Origin: Vibrio tubiashii
Lineage (GTDB): Bacteria > Pseudomonadota > Gammaproteobacteria > Enterobacterales > Vibrionaceae
NCBI GenBank assembly: GCA_000775715.1
Contig: JRWQ01000001.1
Coordinates: 510,225-542,224 of the forward strand
Direction of reading: 5' to 3'
DNA length: 32,000 nt
The notes under the pieces: generated by a model
Databases searched by the model: none
Seen by the model: only the letters and a program-made list of their open reading frames with translations
Told to the model about the DNA's origin: nothing
Position numbers and translations under genes: made by a program
Part shown: piece after piece, positions 28,901 through 32,000 of the stretch
Layout of the letters: the number at the start of each line of letters is the position of its first letter
Numbering within the stretch: the stretch's first letter is position 1

Positions 28901-28915
28901 TGGGTCAATTGTGTC
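28901..28915 (-). promoter_or_regulatory. Upstream activator-type site for GDPD promoter
   Basis: TGGGTCAATTGTGTC, 13/15 identical to the phnD upstream sites and at the identical 60-bp offset from the sigma-54 element. Confidence 0.7.
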
Positions 28916-30263
28916 TTGCGGTTTGCGACTTAAAACTGTCTTTGTCTAGTTGATGCTTTTTCATCTTTCGATACAGGGTTTTACGTGGCAGATTTAACCG
29001 CAGCGAAACCTCATTGATGTTGCCCGCAGTCTCAATCAGAGCTTCTGTTAGCACATTTAGCTCGTACTGCTCCATCTGCTGCTCAAAAGCAAACGCCTCA
29101 CTGCCTTGAGTTGAAGGTGCTTGGAGGTCAAAACCCTCACCCACAATACCTAAGACGAATCGATCAGCAACGTTTCTTAGCTCTCGGACATTCCCCGGCC
29201 AGTCATGACGACATAACTGCTGAATTTGTTCAGCATAGAGTGTCGAAGCTCGCGTTTTATATTTTTGACTCGCTTGAACCACAAAATGCCTAAACAGAGA
29301 TTGGATATCCTCTTTTCGCTGGCGCAAAGGCGGTAAATTCAAGCTAGCGATATTGAGTCGATAGAAGAGATCGGCCCTAAACTCTCCACGCTGACTTAAC
29401 TCAGCTAAGTCAGCTTTGCTCGCGGCAACGACAACAATATCGACAGGAATGAGGGTATTGCCTCCCACACGTTCAATCACACGTTCTTGGATAACTCGCA
29501 GCAGTTTAATTTGCACCGAAATTGGCATGCTTTCTATTTCATCGAGGAATAGTGTGCCACCATGCGCTTGCTCAATTTTGCCAATTCGCTTCTTATTGGC
29601 GCTGGTAAATGACCCGGCCTCATGACCAAACAGTTCGCTCTCAATGATGCTCTCTGTCATACCACCGCAGTTGATGGCAACAAACGGTTTATCGCGGCGC
29701 ATCGAGTAGCGATGTAAGGCACGCGCTATCACCTCTTTGCCCGTGCCAGTCTCTCCGTTGATGATGGTATCAACGCCGGTTCGAGCCAGAGCCAATACTT
29801 GACTGCGCACCATCTCCATCTGATTAGAGACACCAATAACGACATTCTCTATAGGTAGCTCAGGAGATTCCGAAGCCTGGCACGAAACACTCTGGACATG
29901 CGTCGAGGCTAAGTTGAGCTTTTCAAGTAACTCATCACTTTGCAATGGCTTCTCGATAAAATCAAAAGCACCCAACTTCATCGCTTCAATCGCCATGGGT
30001 ATATCACCATGACCACTCATCAAAATAACTTCACAAGCAGGCGCACGGCTTTGAATCGCATCCAGCATTGATAATCCATCAAGCTGAGGCATACGAACAT
30101 CGCAAAGCACAACTTGTTTGCTGTCGGGTACGAGCGACTTTAATCCCGCTTTAGGGTTGGTAAAGCTAGTTACGTGAAAGCCTTCAAGCTCTAACATTTC
30201 TCTCAGCGCCTCCACCACATCAAACTCATCGTCTATCAGGGTAACTTGCTTTTCCATTGTCAT
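28905..30263 (-). CDS. DctD-like sigma-54-dependent response regulator (REC-AAA+-Fis HTH)
   Basis: LIDDEFDVVEALREML...VVLCDVRMPQLDG; GETGTGKEVIARALH; GSFTSA in place of GAFTGA; C-terminal ETAGNINEVSLRLNLPRKTLYRKMKK HTH. Confidence 0.93.
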   Translation of the reverse strand: MTMEKQVTLIDDEFDVVEALREMLELEGFHVTSFTNPKAGLKSLVPDSKQVVLCDVRMPQLDGLSMLDAIQSRAPACEVILMSGHGDIPMAIEAMKLGAFDFIEKPLQSDELLEKLNLASTHVQSVSCQASESPELPIENVVIGVSNQMEMVRSQVLALARTGVDTIINGETGTGKEVIARALHRYSMRRDKPFVAINCGGMTESIIESELFGHEAGSFTSANKKRIGKIEQAHGGTLFLDEIESMPISVQIKLLRVIQERVIERVGGNTLIPVDIVVVAASKADLAELSQRGEFRADLFYRLNIASLNLPPLRQRKEDIQSLFRHFVVQASQKYKTRASTLYAEQIQQLCRHDWPGNVRELRNVADRFVLGIVGEGFDLQAPSTQGSEAFAFEQQMEQYELNVLTEALIETAGNINEVSLRLNLPRKTLYRKMKKHQLDKDSFKSQTARHN

Positions 30264-32000
30264 GATTTCACGCCTTTTAAATAAACTACAAACTCACTGC
30301 CCTGCTGTGGCTGCGAGCTCACCCGAATTGAACCGCCAAAATCCTTAATGATGTTAAAAGCGATAGAGAGCCCTAACCCCAAACCCTTGCCCACCTCTTT
30401 TCGGGTATAAAATGGGTCAAAAATATGGGGAATATCATCAGCTAAGATACCTTTGCCATTATCTTTGACCGCAATGGTGACTGACTCTTCCGATCGAGAA
30501 ACGGAGACCGAAATAACAGGTTCAGGGGTCATCTCAACAGCATCAATCGCATTACTGATGAGATTCACCAACACTTGCTCTAAGCGGATTGGATTGGCGC
30601 GAACACTTTCATTTGCTGAAAGGTTGCAGTCTAGAACGATAGGAACTTGCTTATTGGCAAACAGTTCGATGGCGTCATTCACGACAGGCATTACCGCAAC
30701 GGAAGAAATCTTCCCATCACTTTTACGTGAGAAAGCTTTCAAATGATGGGTTAACGCGGCCACCTTACCGAGTAAGGTTTCAATCTTATTTAAGTTATCG
30801 GTCGCTTTATCTAAACGATCTTGCTCCAACCACTTCTTCGCGCTGCGAGTATGGCTACTGATAGCAGTTAGAGGCTGATTTATTTCATGGGTGATACCAA
30901 CACTCAACTGCCCCAACGCAGCCAGTTTCCCTGCCTGAACGAGCTCATCTTGCGTCACTCTCAATCTCTCTTCTGCCAATCTTCGCTCTACCACCTCTGC
31001 TTCAAGTTTTAAGTTAGTTTTCTTAACCGCTTTCGCCGTAGCCTGAAACACCTGTAACGACTTTGCCATCTGGGTAATCTCATCCTGCCCTTTCACAACA
31101 ATGTTCGTATGTAAGTGCCCAGTGGAAATCGCGAACATATCGTCTTTAAGGTTGAGCAAACGCTCTAGTATATTTTTACGCACATAAAACCAAGCAATCG
31201 CGGCCGCCGCAATCAGACTGAGCATGGAAAGGACAAGTGAAAAGGTACGATTTGAAGCTAGTGACGCTTGTACATGAGCGATAGACGAGTCTATTTCTAA
31301 ATTCACGTTAGACGTATTGCGCTCGATCTGAACCGAAAGTTGGTGCAAATACTTTCGGCTATTTTCTAGCAAAAATTCCTGTTGATAATGATGCTCCAAC
31401 GCTTGATTTTTTAGTTGCACTAACCGACTTGAACGAGAGGCAAGGGTGTAAATAACCGAAAGCTTTTCATCCAATGCAGGTAAAGACTCCGCTAACCCAC
31501 TGGCTAGCCACAAGTTAAACCAGTCTTGCCCAAGCTGCTCCAATCGATAAGTGGTGTAATCCAACTCATTAAAACTGCCATCGTTATACAGCTTTTCAAC
31601 TAAACCTAACTGATAAAACAATAACGCTTTCAACTGACTATATTGCAGACGTGACTTTTGTTCTTCAGGTAGGCGATCTAGCTCTTCACTCACCTGCTGC
31701 AACAGAGGATAAAAACCTTCGAGCAAATTTCTTAGCTGCTTATTGAGCTCACGTGACTCTTCGCCACTTTGATAAAGCAAACTCAAACTGTTACTCACCT
31801 GCATGATCAGGTCTTTAAAGTAAGCGTGATACTCAGGAAAATGCGCAAGCACTCGGTTCATTTCATCGATGCTGTCTTCAATCCTCACCATAGAACTGCG
31901 CCTTTCAAGGTTTGAGTCCGCAGCCACAAGTTGAGAAGAGTCAGTAATCACCAAACGCACCATGTCATTCAATCTAGCGGCCTGCTCCAACGCAGGAATT
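30260..32000 (-). CDS. DctB-like sensor histidine kinase, N-terminus beyond window
   Basis: HAMP and HisKA (LAALGQLSVGITHEINQPLTAISSHTRSAKKWLEQ), HATPase (NLISNAIDAV, DNGKGI, GKGLGLGLSIAF). Frame open past the track start 31990 to the window end. Confidence 0.92.
   Translation of the reverse strand, partial: IPALEQAARLNDMVRLVITDSSQLVAADSNLERRSSMVRIEDSIDEMNRVLAHFPEYHAYFKDLIMQVSNSLSLLYQSGEESRELNKQLRNLLEGFYPLLQQVSEELDRLPEEQKSRLQYSQLKALLFYQLGLVEKLYNDGSFNELDYTTYRLEQLGQDWFNLWLASGLAESLPALDEKLSVIYTLASRSSRLVQLKNQALEHHYQQEFLLENSRKYLHQLSVQIERNTSNVNLEIDSSIAHVQASLASNRTFSLVLSMLSLIAAAAIAWFYVRKNILERLLNLKDDMFAISTGHLHTNIVVKGQDEITQMAKSLQVFQATAKAVKKTNLKLEAEVVERRLAEERLRVTQDELVQAGKLAALGQLSVGITHEINQPLTAISSHTRSAKKWLEQDRLDKATDNLNKIETLLGKVAALTHHLKAFSRKSDGKISSVAVMPVVNDAIELFANKQVPIVLDCNLSANESVRANPIRLEQVLVNLISNAIDAVEMTPEPVISVSVSRSEESVTIAVKDNGKGILADDIPHIFDPFYTRKEVGKGLGLGLSIAFNIIKDFGGSIRVSSQPQQGSEFVVYLKGVKS

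Noticed and set aside
1-32000. CRISPR arrays, tRNA/rRNA genes, integron or phage structures
   Set aside because: No regularly spaced repeats, tRNA-like cloverleaf sequence, integrase, transposase or phage structural genes were seen by eye; a tRNAscan-SE/Infernal run would confirm.

Overview
This window looks like Vibrio-type gammaproteobacterial chromosomal DNA (organism assignment is inference from gene content and style). Main content: (1) a LysR regulator (partial) divergent from a zinc-type NADP oxidoreductase; (2) a tryptophanyl-tRNA synthetase gene preceded by an unlisted 17-aa leader ORF, MKCITTPSSFFFWWRSN*, with tandem Trp codons, and by competing hairpins, one of which pairs with the Shine-Dalgarno sequence (candidate ribosome-mediated attenuation); (3) a two-arm divergent cyclodextrin/maltodextrin locus. 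One arm has a binding protein, two MalF/MalG-type permeases, a GH13 cyclomaltodextrinase-type enzyme, a ROK-like protein and a TrmB-family regulator. The other has an OmpG/CymA-like porin, an LpxD-like acyltransferase, a small lipoprotein, a MalK-type ATPase and a secreted CGTase-like enzyme with CBM20; (4) a DUF6765-like protein divergent from a small secreted helical protein; (5) housekeeping and accessory genes (SpoU/TrmH methyltransferase, HD hydrolase, LysR, MFS, HAD); (6) a PhnD-PhnC-PhnE-PhnE type transporter, a periplasmic GDPD and a DctB/DctD-like two-component system. The best regulatory observations are the trpS leader and a shared sigma-54 architecture in (6): two sigma-54 promoter matches, each with a GGGTCA-N4-TGTC upstream site at exactly the same 60-bp offset. 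No CRISPR array, tRNA, rRNA or intact mobile element was seen.
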